Shown here: positions 40,383 through 52,146 of the stretch, piece after piece
Layout of the letters: the number at the start of each line of letters is the position of its first letter
Position numbering within the stretch: position 1 is the stretch's first letter
Source of the DNA: an uncultured Verrucomicrobiae bacterium
Lineage (GTDB): Bacteria > Verrucomicrobiota > Verrucomicrobiia > Chthoniobacterales > UBA10450
Length of the DNA stretch: 64,000 nucleotides
Assembly: GCA_963844275.1 (NCBI GenBank)
Contig: CAWJNS010000005.1
Span: 103,225 to 167,224, forward strand
Reading direction: 5' to 3'
Translations under genes and position numbers: made by a program
The notes under the pieces: model-generated
Told to the model about the DNA's origin: nothing
The model's input: only the letters and a program-made list of their open reading frames with translations
Databases searched by the model: none

Positions 40383-41446
40383 TCAAGCTTCCGAGGCCGG
40401 CTCGGCGATTTCGACGGTCGCGGGCTCCTCCGCGATGGCGCGTCGCGGTTTCGAGGCCGAAACGCTGCGCCACGTCGGGCGCATAGCGTTGCAAATCGCG
40501 CCGCAGCCGGATCAGCGCCAGATCCTTCGACTTCGCCTCCAGCATCACATCGAAATCACGTCCCTCTAGCATCCGCATGAAGGCGATGAATTCGAACGGC
40601 TGCACGAAATCCGCATGTCCGGTCCAGATCGGCGGCTGGAGAACGATCGTGCGCTTTCGAGTTTTGCGGTCCTTGCGCTTCAACTCCCGCAGTTCCGTGC
40701 GCGGTGAAGAGAAATGGATTTTCGGTCGCACCCCGCGTGGCCAGGTCTTGAGGAAGCGGAGCGCCGTTTCCCGCAGTTCGAGTTGCTCCGGATTGAAACA
40801 CCAAAAATGTTGGTGATCGAAGATCAGCGGCACGCCGGTGGCATCGTGGATCTTCAGCACGTCGGCCGCGCTGTAGCGCAGATCGTCATTCTCCAGCACG
40901 AGGCGTCGGCGCACTCGGTTCCGGCAGTTTCTTGTAAATCGCGCTCCACCGCTTACACCCGCTCTCGCGGTCGCCGTAGGTGCCCCCGGCATGCACCACC
41001 ACCACCGCCTCGGAGTCCAGCTCCATCCGGTCCAGCATCTCGCTTTGCGCCGCCAGGTCCGCGATGCTCTTCCGCACGAGCACGGGGTCGGGACTGTTCA
41101 GAACGATGAATTGCGAAGGATGGAACGAGAGCCGCAGCCCAAGCGTCCGCGCGCGGCGGCCGATCGCGCGCAATTCCGCCGCGCACTCGCGAATCTGGCC
41201 GTGGAACTGCGGCATGTCCGGATGGGTCACATACGGCGCGAGATCGGACGTCATCCGGTAGGCCCGGATATCGTTCGCTTCCAGGTGATCAAAGATGCGA
41301 TCGAGGTAGCGCAGCGAAACGCGCAGATGCGGATGCTGTTGCCAGCGCCGGGCGTCGTTACTCTTCAAGCCGGCGGTGCCGAGCACCTTGACCGCAAACC
41401 CTAGCTTTTGCGGACGCGACGCCGGGCGCACATTTTTCCTTCTCAT
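40383..41446 (-). pseudogene. uvdE: UV damage endonuclease UvdE, 1-2 frame changes (3' end uncertain)
   Basis: LGFAVKVLG, YRMTSDLAPY, LSFHPSQF and VVVHAGG are in ORF 40886..41584 from ATG 41446. LENDD...HFSSPR is in ORF 40021..40992. A shifted frame gives a plausible stop at 40383. Confidence 0.8.
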
Positions 41447-41501
41447 GCTCGGATCGTTTTCGTTACGAGCCAGAGCCGAGCTTGGACGCGGGAAATTCCG
41501 C

Positions 41502-42236
41502 TTACAGACGCACCCGTTCGGCGCTGTCGGCGGGAATCCAGCCGCGCAGCCCATTCGGAAGGGCCGCGTAGCTCCAGTCGCCACGGGTGCTCAGGATCGC
41601 GATTTCGCTGCCGGCCGGCAGCGCGAGCACTGAACCCGCACTGTCGGCGGTGGCGAGCCGGGCTTCGATCTTTGGCGACGTGACAATGGCGAAGGAGCGG
41701 CCCTTATCGCCAGTCTCAAGCCGATACAACGCCGCGACCGCGCCCGCTAAGACCAGCACTGCCGCGAGGCCGAGCGCCACGAGGGCGCCGGAGCGTCGCG
41801 GCCGAAAGGAAAACACCGCGAGCGCGAGGAGGGCGATCCAAAGGGCCGCCGCGGCCGCGATCGTGTAGTGGTTCGGTTGAATCCGGCCAAGGAGTTGGTC
41901 CAGCCTGCTCCCGATCAGCTGGAGCGCCCGCGCCTTGTCCCGCGCCACCTGCAGGTTTGCCTGCGCTTCGGGATGGCCGGGCTCGAGCACCAGCGCTCGT
42001 TCGTAGTTCAGGATCGCCCTGCCGAAATCGCCCCCGCGGAACCACGCGTTCCCTGTGTTGTAAAAGAGCGGTGCGCTGGTTTCGCCTGCCTTAATGGCGC
42101 TGTCGTAAAGCTCGGCTGCTTCCTGAAAACGTCCGGCGCGGTAAGCATCGCCCGCGCGACCGATTTCCGCCGGCGATTGCGCGAGCGCGGTCGAGCTGAC
42201 ACACGCCAAAAAGAGTAATGCGGTCGCGAATCTCAT
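41502..42236 (-). CDS. batE: BatE-like TPR + TM + SH3 domain protein
   Basis: Intact 244-aa ORF with a signal peptide, TPR repeats, TM segments and a C-terminal SH3-like region. It is the last gene of the Bat operon. Confidence 0.7.
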   Translation of the reverse strand: MRFATALLFLACVSSTALAQSPAEIGRAGDAYRAGRFQEAAELYDSAIKAGETSAPLFYNTGNAWFRGGDFGRAILNYERALVLEPGHPEAQANLQVARDKARALQLIGSRLDQLLGRIQPNHYTIAAAAALWIALLALAVFSFRPRRSGALVALGLAAVLVLAGAVAALYRLETGDKGRSFAIVTSPKIEARLATADSAGSVLALPAGSEIAILSTRGDWSYAALPNGLRGWIPADSAERVRL

Positions 42237-44088
42237 GCGCGCAGGTTCTCCACAAGATCCAAAATCTCCTGCTTTTTTTCCGGCGAGAGCGCCCGCTCCC
42301 CGTTCCCGCGGCCGCTGTAGCGAAGCTCGTCGCTTTGCGCGAAGAGCTGTTGCAGGCGTGCGCGCTTCGCCTCGTCGAGACGAAAAGCCGACGCGGCTGT
42401 CTCCGCATCGACCATGTTGGGATCGACGTTGCCGGCCAGCGCCGCTTTCAATTGCACCACACGGGATGCGTCCGCCACATACTGCTGCGGCGTGCCGCCG
42501 TTGAGTCGCAGCTTGCGTTGCAACTCGGCGGCTTCGCTTTGCAAGCGTGCCACGCGCTGTGCGGCCCGATCAGCGCGGTGCGCACGTCGCAGCTGCCAGC
42601 CCACAAACCCGAGCAATGCCACGAGCGGCAGCGTCTGCGCGACCCAGAACGAACGTTGCGCGTAGAGCGGCGTGAAGCTCTGTCGTCCGACCGTTCGATC
42701 GTCGAGTTGCGTGAGAATGTCCTGGGCCTGCGGTCCCGGCGCCGGAGGCGGCGTGGCCGACGGTGGCGTGTTGGCGGGCGGGGACGCTGCTGCGATGGCG
42801 GAAGGCGCGGGCGCCGCGCCGCCCGTGATTTGCAGCGGAATCGCCTCGCTCCGCAGCGTGACGTAAGTCTCCTTCACAGGGTCGAAATAGCTGAAGACGA
42901 GCGGCGGAAGTTTATCCTTTCGTTCCTTGGCGCTCACCACCGTCTCAAACGTCTTCGCACCGCTGATGCCGACGTCATCGTCCTGCTTGAAGCTGTCCGA
43001 CGGCGGATAAAGATGCCACCCGCTGTCGTTCTCCAGCGTCAGGGGCTGTGACGCGATCGAAGTTGCCCCGGCCGGTCAGGCTCGTGGTGACCGTCACCGG
43101 ATCGCCCACCTGGGCCTTGTTAGGCCGGGCGTCGGCCTTGAGCGAGAACATCCCAACCGCCCCGGCAAAGCCCGGCGGCGCCTTGGGCGGGAGCGGTTTC
43201 ACTTCCAGCGTGGTGGGCTTGCTCGCCAGCTTGACCTCCCTCGCCACCGAAGGCGCGAATGACGGATCGTTGAAGAACTGGTTGAAAATGTCGAACGGAT
43301 CGTCGGGCCGGTTCCGCTGGAATCCCCGGTTCTGGAGCGCCGGCCGCGGCACTCGCACGACCGGATTGATTTCGGCCGGTCCGATCTCGAGCGTGCCGGC
43401 GCGCGCCGGGCGAGATCGCGGTGTTGAAAATGAACACCTGATAAGTCTGGCCATTGATCGTCTCGATCGTCTGCCGCGGCTCGGTCATCTTCTGAGTCGT
43501 GAAACCCTGACCCGCGATCTGCACCCCTTGGTTGAGCGATTCGACGGGTGCGCGCATGTTCAATCCGAGCCGCACCTGCACTGGCACCATTTCGCCGACA
43601 TAGGCGACCGATTTCGGCAGCAGCATTTCGAGAAACCCGATCTGCGCCGGGTCGACGTCGGGGTTGTCGGTGGTTCGGCTGCCCCTTCCGGAGCGAGAAG
43701 ACTGACGTGAAGACGCGGCGACGTTCAACGTCAGCTCGGGCGTCTGAAACGTTTTGCCGCTCACTTCGACCGTTTGCGGCGGGATTTTGAACGTCCCGAC
43801 CTTCAGCGGCATGATGGTGTAAGTGCAGGTGAAGCTGTAGCTGACGTTGAAGTTGTTCATCTGCACCTGACGCGAAGTGCCCGCCGCCCGGATGTCCAGC
43901 CCGTCGACCTGAATTTCGCTCGGCGGCCTCGGATTCGACGCGCCCGTGATCTGAATCTCCAGCTGCACCGGCCGGCCGACGACGGTTTCCGAGTCAGTCA
44001 GAACTGCGGTCACGCTTGGCTCCGCCGCCCGGGCGGCGGTTGCGAAGCTCAGCACGAGCAGGATGAGAATAGGGCGCAGGACACGCAT
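42233..44088 (-). pseudogene. batD: BatD-like oxygen-tolerance protein, at least 2 frame changes
   Basis: Pieces in ORFs 43120..44112, 42975..43454 and 42233..42940 join in order. It has a signal peptide, beta-rich repeats and a C-terminal TM segment plus a helical region. Confidence 0.7.
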
Positions 44089-44130
44089 CAGTTTTCTTCC
44101 ACCCTCAAACATTCCATCGAGCCTGCCGCC

Positions 44131-45289
44131 TCACCAGTCGTTATAGACACGGCGAGCCCTCTTGCGTTCATCGAGCTGCACCCGGCGTTCCTCATCTTTC
44201 ATGGAACGCAGGAGCCGCTCGGCTTGTTCTCCGCTCATCTGCCCTTCCTGCACCGGCTCCGCTTCGGCGCCCGCTTCGCCCTGCTGCTCCGATGGATCTT
44301 CAGCAAGCGCCTTTCACTTCGCCGCGATTTCTTTCGTCCGGCGTGGCCGTCGGCGAGGGGGATTCGCCCGGGCCGCTCCCGCTTTCGCCCTCTCCTTCAC
44401 CGGGCGAGGGCGAGGGGCTGGCGCCCTGCTCCGACGGACTCGGGGAAGCGTTCGCTCCCTCGCCCGGGGAAGGGGTGGGCTCGGACCCGCTCCTTCGCCG
44501 GGGGAGGGGCTTGCCTCCGGCGAACTGCCCGGCTGCGGACTGGCGAAGGAGATTGGCCGGGCTGTTGTGCGTTGCTGCTGATCGCTCCCGTCTTTGCTGA
44601 TCCTTGTTCTGCTGTTGTTGCTGCTGGTCTTCGCTGATCCTTGTTCTGGTCCTGCTTCTTGTCTTCACCGCTGCCGCTTTGATCCTTCTGTTGCTGGTCC
44701 TGCTGCTGCTTTTTCTTGTCCTGCGGGCTTGGCGAAGGCGAGGGCGTCGGGCTTGGCTGCTCTTCCTGTTTCCGTTTCAGCTCCTCGATCTTCTTCTTCA
44801 CGAACTCGGAGTTTTCCTTCGCCTCCTTGTTCTCGGGCTCGATGCTTCAGCGTCTGCTCGTAATGTTGCAGAGCGTTCGTCCAGTCCTTGAGCTTCTCGT
44901 CCGTTGCCTTTCTGCGTTTCGCCGCGCTGGTAAAGAGTGTTGCCGAGATTGTAATGACTGCGGCTCTGCAACGGCAGATCGGGTGAAAGCAGCGCCTGGC
45001 TGAATGATTGCAGCGCCTTGCCGTAATCCTTCATCTTGTAAGCCGCCGCGCCGGCATCGAACTGGATCTTGTCGGCTGCGCGGGTGTTCGGATGCTTCTG
45101 CAGGGTCTGCTGAAATTCCTCGTAAGCTTTGCCGAACTGTTCGTTGCGATACGACTCCAGGCCCGGTGCGTCACCGCGGGCGGCGAGCGTGGTGCAGAGC
45201 AAAAAGAGCCCGACCGCCGCCGGGACGCGGGCACGCTCCGACGCCTTTGGCCGGGCACCGTTCGGCGCCGCCGACCGCCTCGTGCGGCC
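44131..45289 (-). pseudogene. batC: BatC-like TPR protein with long Q/K/D/P/S-rich low-complexity region; boundary with batB unresolved
   Basis: TPR block: YRNEQFGKAYEEFQQTL...YNLGNTLYQ. The low-complexity stretch 44300-44800 is split over 3 frames. The conserved C-terminus AERLLRSMKDEERRVQLDERKRARRVYNDW* has its stop at 44131-44133. Confidence 0.65.
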
Positions 45290-46303
45290 CCGCTCGCTGA
45301 TCGAGCATCGACATCGCCAGGAGCGAGAATCGCCGCGCCCAAGGGCCATTGATAGCGCTCGATCGGCTGCCGCGACACCCGGGCATCGATCTCCGCCGCC
45401 TGCATATTCGCCGAGGCCTTCGTCGTAGAGTTGCCGCATCGTCGCCGGCCCGCTCGCGAGCGGAAGGAATACGTCCCACCGGTCGCCTCTGCGATTTCAC
45501 GCAGCCGCTTTCGTCGAGCTTTGATTTCACGACCTGCCCGCTCGTGTCTTTCACGAACGCACGTCCCGCCACCGTGAGCCGGCAGCGGAATCAGCGAACC
45601 TTCCGGCGTGCCGACGCCGACCGTGAAGATGCGCACCCCCGCATCGGCATGCCGCCTTCGCGACCTTGACCGCATCGCCTGCAAGTTCTTCGCCATCGGT
45701 GAAGATGATCAGCGCGCGATTACCGATCGCGGATTTACCGAAGGTCTGGGTCGCGAGCGTGATCGCTTCGGAAATGTTCGATGCCGCCTTCGGGGATGAT
45801 GTTCGTGTCGAGATCGTTAAGCGATTCGACCGCGGCGTCGTAATCGATCGTGAGCGGCGCCTGCAGAAACGCGCGACCGGCGAACGCGATCAGCCCGATG
45901 CGATCGCCGCGCAGTTCGCGCATGAGATCCTGCGCGGCAAGCTTCACGCGCTGGAGACGATTCGGCGGCACGTCGTTCGCGAGCATGCTGCGCGAAGTGT
46001 CGACCGCGACGATGAGATCGAGGCCCTCGGCGTTTGACTTCTTCGTAGGTGTAACCCCAGCGCGGCTGCGCCAGCGCCGTGATGGCGAGCGCGATGCCCG
46101 ACAAGAAGAAGCGCGAAACGAACGATGCGCCGGCAGCGGATTCACCGCCGCGCCGAGCTGCGGCAGCAGGCGTGGCGAGACGAACGCGCGCGAGGCGTTT
46201 CGCGCTGCGTCGCTCGCCGCGGACAGAAGAGCAGCGCCAAGCGCCGGGAGCACGAGCAGCGCCCAGAGCCAATGCGGAGCACCGAAGTGAAGCTGCGTTT
46301 CAC
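45290..46303 (-). pseudogene. batB: BatB-like VWA domain protein, several frame changes
   Basis: The GTG start at 46303 overlaps the batA stop (GTGA). Contains N-terminal TM segments, MIDAS LIVAVDTSRSM, ...TVGVGTPEGSLIP, and a C-terminal RYQWPLGAAI TM segment. Confidence 0.75.
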
Positions 46304-47362
46304 GGCAGCTTTTTCCAGACGGTTTGCGCTAAGAGCAACTGCGCGAGCAGCAACCCGCAGCCCGGCCATGATGCAGACCGGGAAGAGATCGCGGTATTGC
46401 TGGAACTTCTTCATCGTCACGGTCGATTTCTCGAGCTTGTCGATCTCGTCGAAGATCTGCTCGAGCGATTTCGTGTCGGTCGCGCGGAAGAACTTCCCGC
46501 CCGCGATTTGCGCCATTTCCTTCAGGCCGGCTTCGTTAAAATGCACCGGCTGATTCTGGTAGAGGTAGTTGCCGGAGAGATCGGTGAGGAATCCGCCGCG
46601 TCGATCCGGCACCGGCGCGGGCGCGATGCCGTTGATGCCGGCGCCGATCGCATAGAAATTGAATCTTCAGCGCCTTGATCGCTTCCGCCGCGGTCGTGGG
46701 CGGGACTTTGCCGGCGTTGTTTTCGCCGTCGGTGAGCAGAACGATCGACCCGGCTCTTCGACTTCTTTGTCGTTGAGCCGGTTTGCCGCCGCCGCGCATG
46801 CGGAACCGATCGCGGTGCCGTCTTCCACCAGACCGACTTTCATGCGATCGAGGTTCTGGAGGAGCCAATCGTGATCGAGCGTCATCGGGCTGACGACATA
46901 CGGCCGACCCGCGAAGGCGATGATGCCGATGCGGTCGTTCGGCCGGCCTTCGATGAACTTGCCGCGTCACCTCGCGGGCCGCTTCCACCCGCGTCGCCTG
47001 GTCGCCGCCGACCGTGAAGTCCTTGATCAGCATCGAGCCCGAAACATCGAGCACGAGCATGATGTCGATGCCGCTCGCTTCCACTTGGGTCAGGCTCTTG
47101 CCGAGCCGCGGCCGGGCCAGCGCGACGATGAAGATCGCGAGGCTGACAAACAGCAGCGCGCGGAGAAGTTTGCCGACCCGCGACTGTGCTGCGCCTTGCC
47201 GAGGCCGCGCAGCACAGTCGTCGACGAAAAAATCAGCGCCGCGGCCGGCCCGCGCTGCCCGCGCAAGTAGGCGAGCAGCGGCAGCGCGAGCAGCAGCAGG
47301 AGCAGCCACGGATTCGCGAAGGAGAGCGCGGTGTCTTCCGGCAGCCAGTTACGCAGGTTCAA
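46300..47362 (-). pseudogene. batA: BatA-like VWA domain protein, several frame changes
   Basis: N-terminus FANPWLLLLLLALPLL. MIDAS IMLVLDVSGSM, then IVLLTDGENNAG. The C-terminal TM segment ends ...LLLAQTVWKKLP* in a shifted frame. Confidence 0.8.
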
Positions 47363-47867
47363 GCTGGCCTCCTTCCACGAACCGCGTCGCTTCCTCGAGC
47401 AGTAACTCGCTGTCGGCGGTGGTCGCGTCGTAGCGCGCGAACTTGATCAGGTCGCAGCGATTCAGAAAATCGCTGAGCAGCGACCGTCTCGTCTTCCGAA
47501 AACTCGGCGACGCGCTGCGAGCGCATTCGAGAAACTCCACCGACGTCTGCCGCGTCGACCGGCAACTGATACTGCTCGCATCACGTACCGCCGCAGAATG
47601 TCGGAAACGCGGATGCTGAATTCGATACGGCGTAGCTCGCGTTGATCTCGCCGCGCACGCGCTCCAGCAGCTCGAGCGCGCGGGCGCGCGGTGTCTGCTC
47701 CGGCTTCGGCCGGCGCAGCCAGCGCCGGATCGAGCCAGCGCGATCAGCCCCGAGGAGCGCGAGCGCCGCGAAGGAGCGCCGCAGGAAGATCGACCCACGT
47801 CGGCACGCAGCGAGTAATCGACCGGCGGCGCGATATCGTGCAGCTCCTGGGCGAGAAAGAACCGCAT
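47349..47867 (-). pseudogene. DUF4381-like small membrane protein of the Bat operon, frame changes
   Basis: It has the LHDIAPPVDY N-terminus and holds the conserved position between DUF58 and batA. The middle part reads in the frame of ORF 47581..48093. Confidence 0.55.
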
Positions 47868-47879
47868 GCGTCGGAAGGT

Positions 47880-48784
47880 TCATCGCACGGCCATGCGGCG
47901 TTCGCGTTGCTTGAAAAATGCGCGCAGGCCAGGCAGATAATCGTGTCCGGTCTGGAGCGAGATCGTGTCGATGTTGCTGCGGTGCAGCGTGCGTTTCAGC
48001 TCCGCCGCCTTGCGCTTCGGCCAGCTCGCGCGAAATGCGTGCGCGTGGACCGATCGGCGGTGTTGATCTCGATCTGCTCGCCGGTCTCGGCATCTTCCAG
48101 CGTGATGATGCCGACGTTCGGCAACACCTTCTCGCGTTCGTCCTGCACGTGGATCGCGATGAAATCGTGCCGCCGCCCGCTGACCGCCAGCTCGCGCGAA
48201 AAATCGCCGGTCTGAAAATCGGAGATGAAGAAAACGACCGCGCGGCGGGTCACGACCTGGTTCAGATAATTGCAGCGCGAGCGCCGGATCGGTCCGCGCC
48301 CCTGCGGCTCGAAGAACAGAATCTCGCGGATCAACCGCAGCGTATGCGAGCGGCCTTTCTTCGCCGGGATGAAAAGCTCGACGTGATCGGTGAACAGGAG
48401 CAGGCCCGACCTTGTCGTTGTTCCGGATCGCGCTGAAGGCGAGCAGGCACGCCACTTCCGCCGCGAGTTCGCGCTTCGATTGCGACGACGCTGCCGAAAC
48501 TGCCCGACGCGCTCACATCGACGACGAGCATCACGGTCAGCTCGCGCTCTTCCGTGAACTTCTTCACGAACGCGGTCGCCGAGCCGCGCCGTCACGTTCC
48601 AGTCGATCGCGCGGATTTCGTCGCCCGGCTGATACTCGCGCACTTCCTCGAAGTTCATCCCGCGCCCTTTGAAGACGCTGTGGTAATCGCCGGCGAAGAC
48701 CGTCTGCACGAGACCCTTCGTCTTGAGCTCGAGCGCGCGGATCTTCTTCAGGATTTCCGCGGGCGTTTGCTGCGTTGCTTCCAT
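47880..48784 (-). pseudogene. DUF58 domain protein (MoxR-associated), several frame changes
   Basis: YQPGDEIRAIDWNVTAR signature in ORF 47996..48784. MLVVDVSASGSFG is in the frame of 48331..48567. The C-terminus is in 47880..48455. Confidence 0.8.
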
Positions 48785-48796
48785 CCGCGGCTGTGC

Positions 48797-49788
48797 TTAC
48801 GGCACCGGCAGGCCGGCGAAGATCCGCTCGATGATCTGTCTCGCTCGTGATCGTCTCCGCTTCCGCTTCGTAGCTGACGATGATGCGGTGGCGCAGGACG
48901 TCGGTGCCGATGCTCTTGACATCCTGCGGCGTGACGTAGCCGCGGCCGTTGAGGAACGCGTGGGCGCGCGCGGCGAGCGCGAGGTAGATCGTGGCGCGCG
49001 GCGACGCGCCGTAGCGGATCAGGCCGTCGAGCTTCAGGTTGTAGGTCGCCGGCTCGCGCGTCGCCCAGACCACATCGACGATGTAATCCTTCACCCGATC
49101 ATCGATGTAGATGCTGTTCACGACGGCGCGCGCGGCGATGATCTGCTGCGGGATCGACCACCGGCGAGACGCTCAGGTTCGGCGCGGACGTGGCCATCAG
49201 ATCGAGAATGCGGCGCTCCTCCGCCTTCGTCGGATAGCCGACGTTCAGCTTCAACATGAAGCGATCGAGCTGCGCTTCCGGCAGTTGATAGGTGCCCTCC
49301 TGCTCGAGCGGATTTTGCGTCGCGAGGACGAGGAACGGATCGGAAAGCGGATACGTCTGTGTCGCCGATCGTGACCTGCCGCTCCTGCATCGCTTCGAGC
49401 AAGCGCGCTCTGCACTTTCGCCGGCGCGCGGTTGATTTCGTCGGCCAGGATCAGGTTGGAAAAGAGCGGGCCGAGCTTGGTCGTGAACTCGCCGCTGCGC
49501 GGATTGTAGATCAGCGTCCCGATCAAATCGGCGGGCAGCAGATCGGGCGTGAATTGCAGCCGCTGAAAGCCGGTCTGGATCGCGGCCGCCATCGTTTTGA
49601 CCGTCAGCGTTTTCGCCAGGCCCGGCACGCCTTCGAGCAGGATGTGGCCATTCGCGAGCAGGCCGAGCAACAGCCGATCGACGAGGTATTTTTGCCCGAT
49701 GACGACATGGCCGACTTGCTCGCGCAGCGCGGGAATCCATTGCGCCCAGTTCCTGCACTTCGCGCGTGATTTCCTGCGTCGATTTCAT
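48797..49788 (-). pseudogene. MoxR-family AAA+ ATPase, several frame changes
   Basis: Walker A region [54 protein letters not shown] and GASPRATIYL are spread over three frames. Confidence 0.9.
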
Positions 49789-49877
49789 AAGAGAACGGTT
49801 GAGACAGGTGCGGCCGGAGGAATGTTCGATCAAACCTCCCGCGCACGGACTCTGTGCCGGAAAGTCGCCGGCGTCGA

Positions 49878-51274
49878 CTACTCTTCCGGTCTGCTCCGCG
49901 GCGCGACAGGTAAGGAGGACGGGCAAACCGGGATACGGCTCGGCCTGCCGGATGCGGCTTTCGATGATAGCGAGCGTAGGTGTCGCTGAGGAGCTTCGGC
50001 TGATTGACGAAGAGGATGAATTTCGGCGGATCGATCGCGCGCTCATCGTCCCCGGCGATTGCGCGGCGTAGAAGAGCTTCAGCCGCTTGTTGCCGATCGT
50101 CGGCGGCAGGGTCTCGGCTCAAACGCGGCGCGCAGGAGGCGGTTGAGAACGCCGGTGCCGATGCGCACCTCCGCGCCGCGCTGGATATCCGCGATGCGAT
50201 CGAAAAGCTGCGTCGACATTTTCGCCCGTGCGCGGAGGCGACCAGACCGGCGCGTAATCGAGAAAGAAGAGCTGCTCGCGCGTCGTGCGTGATGAGGTCG
50301 TTGCATCGCCGCCTTTGCGCCGCGCGCCGGCTTCACGAGGTCCCATTTGTTCAGAACCACGAGCGACGGTTTGCGCGCCTCCTGGATCAGCCCCGCGATC
50401 TTTTTGTCCTGCGATGTGACGCCGCTGCGTGACGTCGATCACGAGCACGCAGAGGTCGGCGCGGCGGATCGTCCGCTCGGCGCGCATCACGCTGAAGACT
50501 TCGACCGAGGTGGAATGTTTGCTCCGGGCGCGCATGCCGGCGGTGTCGATGAGGAGAAACTTCTCGCCACCGCGTTCGTACGGCAATGTCGACCGCGTCG
50601 CGCGTCGTGCCCGGGATGCTGCTGACGATCGTGCGGTCGTCGTGCAGGATGGAATTGATGAGCGACGACTTGCCGGCGTTCGGGCGGCCGACGATGGCGA
50701 GCGCAAGCGGCGGCCGTTCGATGTTCGTGTCGGACGTTGGGCATTCGGCGCTTCCACCGGCAGCAGCGTCATCGATAATTTCGAGCAACCTCCGAATCCC
50801 ACGTCCATGCGCCGCGCTGATCGGAATGACGTGCGTCGAACCCGAGCGCGCGAAAATCCGACTCCAGCGCTTCGTGTTTCGGATGGTCGATCTTGTTCAC
50901 CACCAGCACCACCGGCGTGCGCGATTTGCGCAGCATCCGCGCCAGTTCCTGATCGATCGGCGCGAGCCCGTGCTGCGCGTCGACGACGAAGAGGATCACG
51001 TCGCTCTCGCGCATCGCCGCGTCGGCCGCCGTGCGAACCTGCGAGGTCAGTTCAGTTTCGCCAGCGCCGCCGATTCCGCCGGTGTCCCAGATCAGGAATG
51101 GCCGTGCGCCGCGCGTGCAGGGCGCGGCCAGTCGATCGCGCGTGATGCCCGGCTGATCGTGCACGATCGCGATGTTGCGCCCGGCCAGCCGGTTGAAGAG
51201 GGCCGATTTGCCGACGTTCGGCCGCCCGACGATCGCAACTTTGCCGGCAGATCTTCGGCGTTCGGTGTGTTCAT
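49878..51274 (-). pseudogene. der: ribosome-associated GTPase Der/EngA, many frame changes
   Basis: Two G domains are present: VAIVGRPNVGKSALFNRL...DTGG...NKID and [19 protein letters not shown]. The KH-like C-terminus has [13 protein letters not shown]. The 3' end is inferred from a shifted frame. Confidence 0.9.
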
Positions 51275-51300
51275 GGGTTGCGCGGATCGCGCACGGGCGA

Positions 51301-51908
51301 TCAGTCGACTTTCGCGTTCGCGTGCCCGCCGGCCTGCAACTGCCGCACGCCGTCGCAGCACGTAGATCATGCCGGAAATGAGGGTGAACAGCCCCGCGGC
51401 CGCGACCACATAGGTCAGCGGGAAGAAATGCAGCTGCAGCATGACCCACGCGATCGCCGCCATTTGCAGAACGGTCGCCACTTTTCCGGTCCAGCTCGTG
51501 CGCACGATGACCGTGCCGTTGAGCAAATGGAGCACCGCGCTGCCGACCAGAATGACGACATCGCGCGTGATCACCAGCACCGGAAACCAGACCGGGAACT
51601 GGCCGTAGTGCGGGATTGCGCTGCTCCAATTGCTGATGCTCAAGGTGATGATGCCGCTCAGCAGCAGGCCTTTGTCGGCGATCGGATCGAGGATCATGCC
51701 GAGCGAGCTGCGCTGGTTGTAGCGCCGCGCGACATAGCCATCGAGGCCATCGCTCGCCGCGGCGACGAGGAAGATGATGATGGCGGTGAAACGCTGCCAT
51801 TCCAGCGGCTCGCCCCTGCGCGACGCTTTGCCCGTAGTAGATCGCCATCGTGACGAAGGCCGGGATCAGCAAAATCCGGACGATGGTGATTTTGTTAGCG
51901 GTCGTCAT
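51301..51908 (-). pseudogene. pgsA: CDP-diacylglycerol--glycerol-3-phosphate 3-phosphatidyltransferase-like (CDP-alcohol phosphatidyltransferase), 2-3 frame changes
   Basis: N-terminus MTTANKITIVRILLIP. The reconstructed motif AAASDGLDGYVARR...ILDPIADK is split between frames. The stop at 51301-51303 is in a shifted frame. Confidence 0.8.
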
Positions 51909-52032
51909 GGCGCGAAGGCTAAGGAGCGAATCGCGCGAGAAGTTGCAACAATTTCTGCCGCCGCGTCTGGCGAGTGCAAGCTCAAATCACTTGGTCTGCG
52001 CGCGCGCCCGAGCGTAAAATGCAACTCGCCCA

Positions 52033-52118
52033 GCCGATGTGGCGAAATGGCAGACGCAACGGACTTAAAATCCGTTTCCGCTTTACGCGGCGTGCGGGTT
52101 CGAGTCCGGCCATCGGCA
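52033..52118 (+). tRNA. tRNA-Leu (anticodon TAA), type II with long variable arm
   Basis: Manual fold: acceptor GCCGATG/CATCGGC, anticodon arm ACGGA-CTTAAAA-TCCGT, variable arm CCGC-TTTA-GCGG, T-arm GCGGG-TTCGAGT-CCGGC (one G.G mismatch), discriminator A. Confidence 0.85.
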
Positions 52119-52146
52119 GCGCGCTCTCTTGCCGGGCGCGCGAGGT

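Noticed and set aside
44300-44800. GC-rich, repetitive low-complexity DNA considered as a possible tandem repeat or CRISPR-like array.
   Set aside because: There are no regularly spaced identical repeats separated by unique spacers. The stretch translates as the Q/K/D/P/S-rich linker of the BatC-like protein. No cas genes are present in the window.
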